From Candidatus Latescibacterota bacterium (GTDB taxonomy: Bacteria > Latescibacterota > UBA2968), in the NCBI GenBank assembly GCA_965204375.1, contig OZ241986.1:1888001-1952000 (forward strand): a stretch of DNA of 64,000 nt. Reading direction: 5' to 3'. How positions within the stretch are numbered: position 1 is the stretch's first letter; every line of letters starts with the position of its first letter. Positions 52,367 to 62,849 of the stretch are shown in pieces. Below the pieces are notes generated by a model. The model was not told where the DNA came from. It saw only the letters and a list, made by a program, of their open reading frames with translations, and ran no database searches. Both the position numbers and the translations under genes were made by a program.

Positions 52367-53392
52367 CTAAGTCTCAAATCGTCCGCGCCACACTTCTTCA
52401 CTGCGTCGCCGATCCGATAACAGGGCTTCGCTCACAAAACACAACAGCGCGAAAGCCAACGGCCATTGAAACCTGTGAATATACTGTGCGTAACGCTGCG
52501 TACCCAAATCGCGTTTCTCCATCTCTGCAATCCGTTCATGCACCGCCTGCAATCCAATCCCCCCACCGCTGGCGCGCACATATAATCCATCGGTCACACG
52601 CGCAATCTCCTTCAAAGTTGCTTCATCCAAACGCGTCTTGACAATTTTGCCCTCAGCATCCTTCAAATAATCTACCCTATTGCCATCGCGGACCGGAATC
52701 AACTCACCTTCCGCAGTCCCCACACCCACAGCAAAAATTCGTACATCCTCCTCCGCTGCCGCTCGCGCTGCTGCAATGGGATCACCCCCGTGATTTTCAC
52801 CATCCGTAATCAAAATGAGCGCTTTGTATTTCCCATTGCGCGACCCAAATCCTCGAATGGCGGCGCGAATCGCTTCGGCAACCGCTGTACCCTGCTCTGA
52901 AATCAATGTGACATCTGCCTGTCCCAAAAACATCTTTGCCGCGCCATAGTCCAGCGTAAGCGGACAGAGTACATGGCTATAACCGGCAAAAGCCACCAGG
53001 CCGATGCGGTCGCCTTCAAGGCGATCGATCAACCCCTCAATTTCAAAACGCGCACGATCCAGCCTGTTGGGTTTAATATCCTCAGCCAACATACTCAACG
53101 AAGTATCCAGAACAATTACCAGATCTACGCCACGACGATGAATCAATTCCAATTCGGTGCCAAACTGCGGTTGCACCAGTGCCAGAATCAGAAAAACAAA
53201 CCCGATACACATCAGCGCGGATTTTATGCCTTGCCGCATGCGACTGACACCCGAAGCGAGTTTATCCATCAACTCGGGAGCACCAAACGCATACAGTGCC
53301 CTGCGCTTGCGCCGAAAAGCCCACCAGTAAAAAAGCGCGAAAACCGGCACGCATAATAGGAAATAAAAAGCCTGTGGATCGCCAAATCGCAT
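52367..53392 (-). CDS. batB: BatB vWA-domain protein
   Basis: MIDAS 'DTSLSM', 'PLTLDY', 'ITDGENH'. Confidence 0.88.
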   Translation of the reverse strand: MRFGDPQAFYFLLCVPVFALFYWWAFRRKRRALYAFGAPELMDKLASGVSRMRQGIKSALMCIGFVFLILALVQPQFGTELELIHRRGVDLVIVLDTSLSMLAEDIKPNRLDRARFEIEGLIDRLEGDRIGLVAFAGYSHVLCPLTLDYGAAKMFLGQADVTLISEQGTAVAEAIRAAIRGFGSRNGKYKALILITDGENHGGDPIAAARAAAEEDVRIFAVGVGTAEGELIPVRDGNRVDYLKDAEGKIVKTRLDEATLKEIARVTDGLYVRASGGGIGLQAVHERIAEMEKRDLGTQRYAQYIHRFQWPLAFALLCFVSEALLSDRRRSEEVWRGRFET

Positions 53393-54391
53393 CTAAGGCA
53401 ACCTCCGAAATCGCGTATTGCCCAGTATCAATTCTAATAATAGTAACGCCAACCCTGGATAGAGAAACAGGTGAAACAATTCGCGATAATCCACATACTC
53501 GCGCACTTTGATCTCGGTCTTTTCCATTTCGCCAATCTCAGCGTATATCTCCTCCAGCTTTTCTTCACTCGTCGCTCTAAAATATCTCCCACCCGTTGCA
53601 TCCGCCACTTTTTTAAGCGTTTCTTCATCAATCTCAACTTTGACCGGCACAAATCGCTTGCCAAAAACCCCATCAACCTCCTGCATAATCGTTCCCCTGC
53701 TACCCGCACCAATCGCATAAATACGAATACCCACAGCCTCTGCTGCGCGCGCTGCGGTCATCGGGTCAATCTCACCGCGATTATTCTTCCCATCGGTCAA
53801 CAAAATAATCACCTTACTCTTAGCCTCAGATTCTCGCAAACGATTCACCGCAGTTGCGATCCCCAAACCAATCGCAGTGCCATCCCAGTCCTTGGTGGCA
53901 ATTTCAACACCTTCGAGAAAACTCAAAAATACGCCGTAATCCAGCGTAAGCGGACATTGCGTATAGGCTTCTGCGGCAAAGACCACAAGCCCCAGGCGAT
54001 CATTGGCACGCCCCTGTGCAAATTGCGCCACCACCTCTTTACACACTTCCAACCGCGTCTTGCGCTGGTCCGCCAGATCTTTGGCCTCCATACTGCTCGA
54101 AACATCAATCGCCAGCGCAATATCAATACCCTGGCTCAAAATTTCTCGGCCCTCACGCCCCGACTGCGGCCGCGCCATCGCCGCGATGAGCAAAGCCAGA
54201 GCCACACAGCGAAACGCGATCAAACTGTGCCGCAACTTTAAAAAAAAGGACGGGCCAATACGCCGAAAAAGGCGCGTATCGGAAAAACGAATGCGCCCCG
54301 ACTTGCGCCTTTCGCGCCCAATATAGCGATAGATGAGCACCGGAATAAACAACAGGAGCAGTAACCACTCTGGATTGGCAAAACGCATCAC
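53393..54391 (-). CDS. batA: BatA vWA-domain protein
   Basis: MIDAS 'DVSSSM', 'GTAIG', 'SKVIILLTDG', 'GGRYFRA'. Confidence 0.9.
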   Translation of the reverse strand: MMRFANPEWLLLLLFIPVLIYRYIGRERRKSGRIRFSDTRLFRRIGPSFFLKLRHSLIAFRCVALALLIAAMARPQSGREGREILSQGIDIALAIDVSSSMEAKDLADQRKTRLEVCKEVVAQFAQGRANDRLGLVVFAAEAYTQCPLTLDYGVFLSFLEGVEIATKDWDGTAIGLGIATAVNRLRESEAKSKVIILLTDGKNNRGEIDPMTAARAAEAVGIRIYAIGAGSRGTIMQEVDGVFGKRFVPVKVEIDEETLKKVADATGGRYFRATSEEKLEEIYAEIGEMEKTEIKVREYVDYRELFHLFLYPGLALLLLELILGNTRFRRLP

Positions 54392-55305
54392 TCGGCTACC
54401 TCCTGTGTCACAGAAGGTGTAACCAGAATGCTCACAATGTCGCGCACACCATCCATCGCCTCGTGCGCCATGTAATCACGCGGTGCAAATTTGGCAAACT
54501 TGACCCGATCTGCTTCATTCAAAAAACCTTCTATAGCCATTACCAATTGATCGTCAAATGCTTGGGCGCGCAAATCCCGCCCAATCTCAAACGTCGTACG
54601 CTCCACTGCATGTACGGGGGTTTTGGCTTCCAAACACCGTCTCAAAACAGCCGACAATAGAGAATAATACTGCCGGTAATTTTCCCGCTCTATCAGCCCC
54701 AACTGCCCCACCCTGTCCAATTCCTCTAACCAGTTGACAGGCGGCGGTGGCAACTCGACTTCCGGGCGATGCCTGCGTCGATAAACATACCAGACCAACC
54801 CTGCAAGCAATAGAATTAGCCCACCAACCGCCAGCCAAAACCACGCGGGGATCTGTGCTACAATAACCCTGGGAGGCTTCACATCGCGAATATCCGTTGT
54901 GCCTTCTGGCCTTACACTCTGCACCAGCACATCAATGGGTTGCGACGTGATTTTTCCAGAATCGCCCTCTGCATCAACAAAATGCAAGGAAACGGGTGGC
55001 ACGCGGAACGCGCCCACCTGATAAATCGCCAGCACAATGTCTTGCGTTTCCCTCACCCGTCCATTTTCGAGTTGCTCTGTTTCAACCCCACCCGTGTGCC
55101 GAATTTCGAATGGCCGGGGAAAATCTTTTCCATACGAGATTTCCGCCTTATCATCAGTCCCGCGATGGACGCGCAGACGCAAAACAAAAGGGTCGCCAAT
55201 TGTAATGGTATCGCGGTCAACCCCCGTCAAAAATTCTACCGCTGCATCGGTCGGAACCGTTTGTATCCCGGTCCACATTGCGAATAAAAAATAAATCGCA
55301 CGCAT
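54388..55305 (-). CDS. Bat-operon membrane-anchored protein (gene normally preceding batA)
   Basis: 'DTITIGDP', 'DIRDVKP', TM, 'ADRVKFAK'. Confidence 0.75.
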   Translation of the reverse strand: MRAIYFLFAMWTGIQTVPTDAAVEFLTGVDRDTITIGDPFVLRLRVHRGTDDKAEISYGKDFPRPFEIRHTGGVETEQLENGRVRETQDIVLAIYQVGAFRVPPVSLHFVDAEGDSGKITSQPIDVLVQSVRPEGTTDIRDVKPPRVIVAQIPAWFWLAVGGLILLLAGLVWYVYRRRHRPEVELPPPPVNWLEELDRVGQLGLIERENYRQYYSLLSAVLRRCLEAKTPVHAVERTTFEIGRDLRAQAFDDQLVMAIEGFLNEADRVKFAKFAPRDYMAHEAMDGVRDIVSILVTPSVTQEVAE

Positions 55306-55314
55306 TACCGTCCA

Positions 55315-56682
55315 TTATGCTCCATCTTGTATCGCGCCCGAAGTCCAATTGAGTTGCAACCACGACATCACCGAATACGGCAACACAACCACCTCGCGGT
55401 GTGTTTTGGCCGTACCGTACCAAAAATTGTTGGCATGCCCGATGATTAGCTCTTGCACCAGTGTTTCGCTCCGCCACAGAGAAACCGTCAACACGGGATC
55501 ATCCAAACTATCCGCGGCAGATTTATCCACTTGATCGGGAAACTCGGCAACGACCAGATTGTGAACGCGATCTATCAAATCTTCAACGTCGGCGTCCCCT
55601 TTGACAACGCGCCCATCCCCCATTACCATCTGCCACGAGCCATCGTCATTCTTTGCGCAATTCACCACGCTGTCTCGATATGCCAACCGCACGCGATCAA
55701 CACCCGTGCGATCAAATTCAAAAACGCGCTTGTAACGCAATCGACTCAATGGTATATCCAGAGATTCTGCGAGCAATTGTTCGACGATAAACACCTGTGG
55801 CCGACTCATTACGCGCCCATACCACAGTTTCTGCCGATTATCGGGAACGCACTTACCCAGCAACAGTGTATTGGACATTTCATTGTCTTTTAAATGCAAT
55901 ACAACTTTGTAATCCGGATCGTCGAACCCGTAAATTGTGGGGTCATCCACCGCTTCTTTGTAAAAAGATGCAACGCGCTCATCTTTCAACTGTCCCAACA
56001 ATGTCAAAATCTCGCGCGCATCAGCTCGCTCTTTTATCGGCTGAATGAGATGCCACTCCAACCCATCCCGCACGACCTCATAGACGCCTCCAGGCGTTTG
56101 GAAATACGCTCGCGAAACCAGATCGGGATCAAAGGAAAACGCCCGCGTATCGCGCAATGCCATCAGCGGACGATTAAACCGCGCGCGATATTGTTTTTTT
56201 GTTAACACGACCTTGTTTCCGCCCGACCATGTAAAATAGCACCCCAGCTTAGAGGGAATATCATTGCCGAAAAACAACCACATGGGGTCGCCCGATACCG
56301 GTTCAAATCGCACCTCAACCACGGGCGGATCCAGCCCAAAATCAGCGAGATTAGTTCCTGCGTAATCGCCTTCATCAACCACAACTCGACCGCGTTCAAC
56401 AATCTGTGCGATCTCAATCATACCCTCAAATTCTATCCAATCTGCAGGCACTTTCAGCGGCGCGATCAACGTCCATTCATTGCCGCGCTTCTCAGCGACA
56501 AAGTGCCCGTATTCATTGGTCAATGTCAACCGCGCAACGCGGTGCCGATGAACTTCAATAAACGCATTTTTCGCCTCACTCTCGCGTTGTTCCTCTGCCA
56601 TGCGAGGACGTTCATATAAAAAGACAAACCCCACCAGCCCCAAAAGCAAAACCGCCAGAATCGCTGTCACTTTTATACCCAA
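55315..56682 (-). CDS. DUF4340 domain protein
   Basis: N-terminal TM; repeated 'W.L..P....AD' and 'FGLDPP/YGFDDP' modules; follows gldG-like gene. Confidence 0.75.
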   Translation of the reverse strand: MGIKVTAILAVLLLGLVGFVFLYERPRMAEEQRESEAKNAFIEVHRHRVARLTLTNEYGHFVAEKRGNEWTLIAPLKVPADWIEFEGMIEIAQIVERGRVVVDEGDYAGTNLADFGLDPPVVEVRFEPVSGDPMWLFFGNDIPSKLGCYFTWSGGNKVVLTKKQYRARFNRPLMALRDTRAFSFDPDLVSRAYFQTPGGVYEVVRDGLEWHLIQPIKERADAREILTLLGQLKDERVASFYKEAVDDPTIYGFDDPDYKVVLHLKDNEMSNTLLLGKCVPDNRQKLWYGRVMSRPQVFIVEQLLAESLDIPLSRLRYKRVFEFDRTGVDRVRLAYRDSVVNCAKNDDGSWQMVMGDGRVVKGDADVEDLIDRVHNLVVAEFPDQVDKSAADSLDDPVLTVSLWRSETLVQELIIGHANNFWYGTAKTHREVVVLPYSVMSWLQLNWTSGAIQDGA

Positions 56683-56698
56683 AATTCGTTCCTCAGTA

Positions 56699-56781
56699 GC
56701 CAGTTGTTGGTTGTCAGTGGTTAGTTACCTCTCCCAACCAGCCCCTCTGCTTTCATCTGCCTCATCTGCGTCATCTGCGGA
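56699..56781. repeat. Short low-complexity intergenic repeats
   Basis: 7-bp-periodic cagttgt/tggttgt/cagtggt, then three copies of tcatctgc. Confidence 0.45.
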
Positions 56782-56784
56782 TTC

Positions 56785-58173
56785 TCACCGCCTGCGCCAC
56801 CAGACCAGCACCCCCGCGACAATCGGGACGCCTGGCAACACCAGCCAATACACCCACCGAATCCAAAATTCATCGCCCGGATTCAATGTCAGCGGGCGAA
56901 AAAGCGTACTTTTGGGCCGAATCGTAATTTTATCACGCGCCCTGAGCAACCAATTCGCTGCATTCATAAACAAGTCGCCATTGCCCGCCACTTCCACAAA
57001 GCGATTGCTCGCAAAATCTGAATCGCCAAATACCACAATCCGCGCCCGCGCGCCACGCCGATCATCACCCGCCTTTGCAGCAATAGTGGTCGGGCCTTCC
57101 ACGACCATCGCCAGCCACAACGGTCCCGGGCGGTCTGTACCCGATGTGTATTGTACCGCCTCTTTGTCTTTAGCGGAAACAGCATCCAAATTGGTCTCAC
57201 TCCAACTGTTCGGCGAAGACAGCACCAGCGAAGAAACATCAGCACCAGGCAAAGATCCCACGCGTTCCATCGAGCGCGTCAGCGGATAAAACGTCTGCAA
57301 TCCCGAATGCTTATCCGTAATGGGATGTTTACTATAATGTGTCGTCACGGGAACCGAAAAATCAGCCCCCGGCAGCACCTGGCTTTTATCAACCACAAAA
57401 TCATTTCGCAGGCCAATAGACCACTTGTGCAACAGCGGCTCAAGCCCTGTATCGATGAGAGGATCCAACAAAAAGAACGCCGCCCCACCCTGATTGAGAT
57501 ACGTCGCTACAATATCGATCTCTGCTGGCAAAAACGGGCGTTTTGGCCCCGCGACAATCAGCGCGTCACAATCTTTTGGCACGCGCTGTGATTGCGCCAG
57601 CACCAGAGATGGACGCACATCGTGGTTGCCTTCGATGAGCAACTGCTTGATCCCGGAAAACCCCTGCTCCGATTGATCGTCGGGATGCGCCTCATCGTGT
57701 CCCCCCACAAAATATACCACCTGCCGCTCTTCACTCATCAAACGCGCAATGCCGTTGGTCAGCGCCTTTTCAGACGTTTCCTGAATCCGCTCTTCCCGAT
57801 TGCCATATTCGATCACCGAAACACCATATCGGGTTACGGTATAGCGCCGGGCCTCAATCGGTTCCCGGTCTGGATCGACAAACCGGTACGCAAAACGCCT
57901 CGAATGATAGGCGTACTGTTTGAGCAAATGCTCGTAATCGAGCTGCTCTGCTTCGCGAAAAAACGCCACGACATTGACATCCTCAGACAAATTTTCCAAA
58001 AGAGAAATCGTTTGGGGCGATAGCGTATAAAGACCGCGAGCCGTCAGATCAAAGCGCGCGTGATACCGCGTGGTCAAAAAATTAACCACCGCCAGAATAC
58101 CCAGCGTGATCAACACTGCTACAAGGGCATTAGACCCGTATTTCAATAGTCGAGGTGATAAAAATTTGGGCAT
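56785..58173 (-). CDS. GldG-family ABC transporter auxiliary protein
   Basis: 'DLTARGLYTLS', 'VYFVGGHDE', 'VVFGDSDF', 'LFMNAANWL', C-terminal TM ending WWRRR. Confidence 0.85.
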   Translation of the reverse strand: MPKFLSPRLLKYGSNALVAVLITLGILAVVNFLTTRYHARFDLTARGLYTLSPQTISLLENLSEDVNVVAFFREAEQLDYEHLLKQYAYHSRRFAYRFVDPDREPIEARRYTVTRYGVSVIEYGNREERIQETSEKALTNGIARLMSEERQVVYFVGGHDEAHPDDQSEQGFSGIKQLLIEGNHDVRPSLVLAQSQRVPKDCDALIVAGPKRPFLPAEIDIVATYLNQGGAAFFLLDPLIDTGLEPLLHKWSIGLRNDFVVDKSQVLPGADFSVPVTTHYSKHPITDKHSGLQTFYPLTRSMERVGSLPGADVSSLVLSSPNSWSETNLDAVSAKDKEAVQYTSGTDRPGPLWLAMVVEGPTTIAAKAGDDRRGARARIVVFGDSDFASNRFVEVAGNGDLFMNAANWLLRARDKITIRPKSTLFRPLTLNPGDEFWIRWVYWLVLPGVPIVAGVLVWWRRR

Positions 58174-58177
58174 AAAC

Positions 58178-59380
58178 TTATCCTCTATCTCTCCCCCGAG
58201 TAATCAAGTATTCGGCTACTGCGCGTGCGACAATACACTCTTCGTCGGTTTGGACAATCAGAACGGCAACCTCGCTATTAGATGTCGATATCATGCCATC
58301 TGCGGGAGGATCGGCATTTGCGGTCTCGTCGAGATGAACGCCCAGGTATTCAAGACCGATGCAGACGCGTCGGCGCACATTTGCCCCGCGCTCGCCAATG
58401 CCCCCGGCAAAAGCAATCGCATCTAAACCACCCAGTGCAGCAGAGCAAGCTCCGATTTCTCTTTTGATCCCATAACAAAACGCCTCCAGAGCGAGGCGTG
58501 CGCGTGCGTGCCCCTTTTGAGCGGCTTCTTCGAGATCGCGCACATCGCCGCTAATACCCGAAATGCCGAGCAAACCGCTTTCTTCTGATAGGATGCGGCT
58601 CATCTCGCTTGTCGATAAATTTTCGCGGTCCATTATATAGGGAATAATGAACGGATCAATAGTTCCAATGCGCGTGCTATTGATAATGCCTGTTTGAGGC
58701 GAGAAGCCCATCGAGGTGTCTATGGATTGACCACTGCGCACCGCGCACAAAGAGGCACTCCCGCCGAGATGGCAGGATACCATGCGGAGATCCTCGCGGT
58801 TGAGTATTTGCGCCGTGCGTTGCGAAACGTAGCGATGAGACGCGCCGTGGAAACCGTATTTGCGAACCCCGTATTTTTCATACCAGTCGTAGGGGACGCT
58901 GTAAATATAGGCATAATCGGGTATGTTGACGTGGAAGGCAGCTTCAAAAAGTCCAATCAGGGGCAGGTGGGGCGCACATTGCTCGAAAATGCGAATCGCC
59001 TGGATATAGGGCGGGTTATGGGCAGGCGCGAGGCTATTGTAGTCCGCCATGCGCTGCAAAACGTCTTCAGTGAGAAGATAAGTACCCGCTTTTCCGCGCA
59101 TGTGAACAGTCTTGAATCCAACGGCATCGAGGTCAGACAAGTCAGAGAGCACACCGGTGCGCGCATCTGTCAGACGCACAATAACATCGCGTACAGCAGA
59201 TGGATAATCCGGCAAGTGTTGTTCGGTTTCAACTGTGTATTCGCCAATCTGATGGGCAACGGGAGAAGACGAATCGCCGATGCGTTCGAGACGACCTTCG
59301 GCGAGTACCGCTTCATCGGTCATGTCAAACAGGCGATATTTAAATGACGTAGAGCCTGCGTTTGCAATGAGGATTTTCAT
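58178..59380 (-). CDS. ackA: Acetate/propionate family kinase
   Basis: 'NAGSTSFK', 'APAHNP', 'YGFHGASH', 'CHLGG', 'GGIGE', 'TDEE'. Confidence 0.9.
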   Translation of the reverse strand: MKILIANAGSTSFKYRLFDMTDEAVLAEGRLERIGDSSSPVAHQIGEYTVETEQHLPDYPSAVRDVIVRLTDARTGVLSDLSDLDAVGFKTVHMRGKAGTYLLTEDVLQRMADYNSLAPAHNPPYIQAIRIFEQCAPHLPLIGLFEAAFHVNIPDYAYIYSVPYDWYEKYGVRKYGFHGASHRYVSQRTAQILNREDLRMVSCHLGGSASLCAVRSGQSIDTSMGFSPQTGIINSTRIGTIDPFIIPYIMDRENLSTSEMSRILSEESGLLGISGISGDVRDLEEAAQKGHARARLALEAFCYGIKREIGACSAALGGLDAIAFAGGIGERGANVRRRVCIGLEYLGVHLDETANADPPADGMISTSNSEVAVLIVQTDEECIVARAVAEYLITRGRDRG

Positions 59381-60600
59381 GGTCTAACTGTTTCAAGCCT
59401 CTGAAGGGGCTTATCGGCAATGGGCAGATGAACGAGCGATGAAGTCACAGCCAGGAGAATAGCGGCAATCCAAATGAGGTCGTAAGACCCCGTTGCATCA
59501 TACACGCGCCCGGCCAGCCACACGCCCAAAAAACTGCCGATCTGGTGGCTGAAAAAAACAATACCATACAGCGTGGAAAGATAGCGCGACCCAAAAATCT
59601 GCGCGACAGTGCCACTCGTCAGCGGAACAGTTGCAAGCCATAAGAACCCGATCAGACTGCCAAACACAAGGGCCGACGTATTTGTAACGGGTATGAACAG
59701 AAAGCCACTAATGACAAGCCCACGCCCCAAATAGAGCAAACTCAAGAGATATTTTTTGCGATATCGGTCGCCGAGCTGCCCTGAAAGATAAGACCCAAAA
59801 ATATTAAAAAGGCCAATCAGCGATAACGCCGTTGCCCCAACCATCTTTGAAAGGCCGTAATCGGTCAAAAATGCGGGCAGGTGCGTGGCGATAAATGCCA
59901 CGTGAAATCCACACACAAAAAATCCCGCATTGAGCAACCAGTACCCCGAATGACCGCGCGCTTGAAGAAGTGCTTGCAACAGACTGCCATCGTCGGATTC
60001 AACGGTATTAGGGGACACTTCTCGCCCGCGCTGTGGAATCCCAATAGCGAGAAAAGCACTCGCCCCCGCAACCAGCGCAATAAAAGCGAATGAAGATTGC
60101 CAGCCCAAATCAGAGAGAAGCCATTGCACACCCGGCACAATTGCAAACGTTCCAAAAGAACCCGCGGCAGTAATAAGCCCAAAAAACGAGGCGCGTTTTT
60201 CCGGCGCAACAACCTGAGCGACCGCACCGAGGACCACCACATAAGAAATGCTGCTAAGCGCAATGCCCATGAGCACACCGAGCACGGTGTACAGACCAGG
60301 AGGCGTGCTCACAGAAGACAAAAGAAAAAAACAGACGGCATAGAGCAACGCGCCGCCAGCGACAACCCATCGCGGTCCAAAACGATCTGCAACAATGCCC
60401 AGGATAGGCAAACCAAAAATGAGGTTTTGCCACGCGATAGCCAAGCTAAAAACCTCGCGTCCAATGCCGAGATCCCGGCTGATCGGTGACAAAAAAAGGC
60501 CAAAGGATTGGCGAATGCCCATGCTGACAAACACAATCACGGCACTGCAAAATATGACAATAGTCGCTTTGCGATTGGGCACTTTCCGATCCCACCTCAT
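59377..60600 (-). CDS. MFS transporter
   Basis: About 12 TM segments; 'GIRQSFGLF', 'FFVCGFHV', 'SHQIGSFLG'. Confidence 0.9.
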   Translation of the reverse strand: MRWDRKVPNRKATIVIFCSAVIVFVSMGIRQSFGLFLSPISRDLGIGREVFSLAIAWQNLIFGLPILGIVADRFGPRWVVAGGALLYAVCFFLLSSVSTPPGLYTVLGVLMGIALSSISYVVVLGAVAQVVAPEKRASFFGLITAAGSFGTFAIVPGVQWLLSDLGWQSSFAFIALVAGASAFLAIGIPQRGREVSPNTVESDDGSLLQALLQARGHSGYWLLNAGFFVCGFHVAFIATHLPAFLTDYGLSKMVGATALSLIGLFNIFGSYLSGQLGDRYRKKYLLSLLYLGRGLVISGFLFIPVTNTSALVFGSLIGFLWLATVPLTSGTVAQIFGSRYLSTLYGIVFFSHQIGSFLGVWLAGRVYDATGSYDLIWIAAILLAVTSSLVHLPIADKPLQRLETVRP

Positions 60601-61895
60601 CTATGAACTACTGTCCCATATTCATTCGGAATCGGCCCGTCGTATTCCCAGGTTTCCCAGGGCGTATCCCGATGCGATTCCCGAACGATGGCTCGAATTT
60701 TCGAAACAATATCTGGATATTCGGCTGCGAGATCATTTTGTTCGCCAATATCCGTCGCCAAATCATAGAGTTCAACAACGCCTTCGGGATTGGTATGCCC
60801 CTCGGGTAAATACGCTTTCCAATCACCCAGACGAACAGCACTGACCCCGCGCCGCTCCCAGTAGAGAAATTCGTGCGCTTGTTGGGTATCACTGCCCAGG
60901 AGTGCGGGCAACATAGAAATGCCATCAACCGGTTCCTCGATAGACGCATCAGCCAATTCGCAGAACGTGGGCAACATATCCTGAAAACCCGAATAATGTG
61001 TGCTCACAGTACCGGGTTGAATCGTTCCCGGCCACCGTGCGACAAAGGGCACGCGGATACCACCTTCATAGAGGCTCCCCTTTTTTGCGCGAAGGGCACC
61101 AGCCGCGTTGAAGTGTCCAAGCGTATTGCCACTGCCGTGGGGACCGTTATCGCTCGTGAAGATAACAAGCGTATTTTCGGCAATGCCAAGCGCGTCGAGC
61201 ATATCCAAAAGCGTGCCAATATCGCGGTCCATACGCGTAATCATAGCCGCCTGTGTTTTCTGATTTTCTGTCCAGGGTTTGTCTTTGTAAATATCGAGAG
61301 ATGGAATTTCGAATCTGGTGTGTGGAATGGTATAGGCCAAATAAAGGAAAAAGGGGTTAGATTTCTGATCGCGCACAAATTGCAAAGCCTCAGCCGTGAG
61401 CAGATCGTGTGAATACGATTCGCCGTAGAGCATAATTTTCTGATCGTTGCGCCAGAGGTGCTGAGGATAATACGTGTGGGCTTCGCGCTGGCAATTGTAC
61501 CCAAAAAAGTGATCGAACCCCTGATTGTTGGGATCGCCTTCCGATCCCGGGTACCCCAATCCCCATTTGCCAATGCAAGCAGTGGCATAACCGCCCTTTT
61601 TGAGCAATTTGGCAACCGTCTGCGTCTCCCCGGGAATGGGCACATTGCCCTCAATGGGCAAAGCGCGATTGTCCCGCACATAACAATGTCCCGTATGCAG
61701 ACCCGTCATGAGCACACACCGCGAGGGCGCACACACCGAAGACCCGGCATAGTGATCCGTAAACCGAATGCCCTCTGCTGCAATGCGATCAATATTGGGC
61801 GTATAAATAAACTCCTGTCCAAAACAACCCAGGTCGCCATAGCCGAGATCGTCTGAGAGGATGTAGATAATATTGGGTAGAGAATTTTTAGACAT
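60597..61895 (-). CDS. Arylsulfatase (Cys-type, formylglycine-dependent)
   Basis: 'DDLGYGD', 'CAPSRCVLMTG', 'GKWGLG', 'SDNG'. Confidence 0.93.
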   Translation of the reverse strand: MSKNSLPNIIYILSDDLGYGDLGCFGQEFIYTPNIDRIAAEGIRFTDHYAGSSVCAPSRCVLMTGLHTGHCYVRDNRALPIEGNVPIPGETQTVAKLLKKGGYATACIGKWGLGYPGSEGDPNNQGFDHFFGYNCQREAHTYYPQHLWRNDQKIMLYGESYSHDLLTAEALQFVRDQKSNPFFLYLAYTIPHTRFEIPSLDIYKDKPWTENQKTQAAMITRMDRDIGTLLDMLDALGIAENTLVIFTSDNGPHGSGNTLGHFNAAGALRAKKGSLYEGGIRVPFVARWPGTIQPGTVSTHYSGFQDMLPTFCELADASIEEPVDGISMLPALLGSDTQQAHEFLYWERRGVSAVRLGDWKAYLPEGHTNPEGVVELYDLATDIGEQNDLAAEYPDIVSKIRAIVRESHRDTPWETWEYDGPIPNEYGTVVHR

Positions 61896-61920
61896 GAATT
61901 ATGGCCTAACCTTGTTCTAA

Positions 61921-62849
61921 GAAGCTGTTTTAAAACCCTGGCGTTTAAGCAAGTCTGTTAATTAAGAGATAAATCATACCGATGTGAATAAAGGCTTCAC
62001 TGTTGTCCGTTAAGCGTTCATAATCCTTTGACAGTCGGCGGAAATTGAATAACCAAGCAAAGGTGCGTTCAATGACCCAACGGCGTTTGACTATTTGAAA
62101 GCCTTCCCCTTTTGGGGTAACGACCTCAAGATCAATCTTATGTGTTTGTTTTCTATCAGCGACCCATTCCTTGAGGTCTTCGCCGCGATATCCGCCATCA
62201 ACCCACAGCTTGCGTAAGCGTGTCACGCCTGTTTCAAAATACTGATTGAGCACCTTTTTGAGGCCATCACGATCTTGGAGATTAGCCGGTGAGACATAGG
62301 TGCTGATGACCAGTCCGAGGGTATCGACAAGCAGATGGCGTTTTCGTCCATTGATCTTCTTTCCCGCATCGTAACCCTTTGAGTCTGCTTGTGTTGCTGT
62401 CTTAACACTTTGGCTGTCAATACAGCCTGCTGATGCGTCAGGCTTGCGCCCTTGCCGTTTGCGCTCCCTACGTGAGAGTGCTTGTTGCACCTGCTGAAAG
62501 ATGTCTTGCTCGCGCCATTTGTTGAAATAGCCATACACGGTTTGCCAACAGCCAAAGGTATGAGGCAGCATGCGCCATTGGCAGCCCGTCTTCGTCAGAT
62601 ACAGGATGCCATCAAACACGCGTCGCAAATTGGCAGGTGGACGTCCGGGACCTCCTTTTTGCCATTTGCGTTTGGGCAACAAGGGGATCAGCAGTTGCCA
62701 TTGCGCTTGGGTGACATTTGTCGGATATTGTCTTGGCGTATTCATCGCATGTCCTTTCTTTTTAAGGTTTTTGGATACCCTAAATTTGGACTGATGAATA
62801 CGCTTTTTCAACTCTTTTTTTTATTTCTCCATAATTTTAAAACAGCTTC
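61921..62849 (-). mobile_element. Complete IS5-family insertion sequence (IS1031-like), 929 bp
   Basis: Perfect 15-bp TIRs GAAGCTGTTTTAAAA/TTTTAAAACAGCTTC; TAA target duplication at 61918-61920 and 62850-62852. Confidence 0.93.
61945..62745 (-). CDS. IS5-family transposase
   Basis: 'TGCQWRMLP', 'IDSQSVK', 'GRKRHLLVDTLG', 'RWVIERTFAW'. Confidence 0.95.
   Translation of the reverse strand: MNTPRQYPTNVTQAQWQLLIPLLPKRKWQKGGPGRPPANLRRVFDGILYLTKTGCQWRMLPHTFGCWQTVYGYFNKWREQDIFQQVQQALSRRERKRQGRKPDASAGCIDSQSVKTATQADSKGYDAGKKINGRKRHLLVDTLGLVISTYVSPANLQDRDGLKKVLNQYFETGVTRLRKLWVDGGYRGEDLKEWVADRKQTHKIDLEVVTPKGEGFQIVKRRWVIERTFAWLFNFRRLSKDYERLTDNSEAFIHIGMIYLLINRLA

Noticed and set aside
56699-56781. Short repeats as a mini-CRISPR or regulatory array
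   Set aside because: Units are 7-9 bp and degenerate, with no spacers
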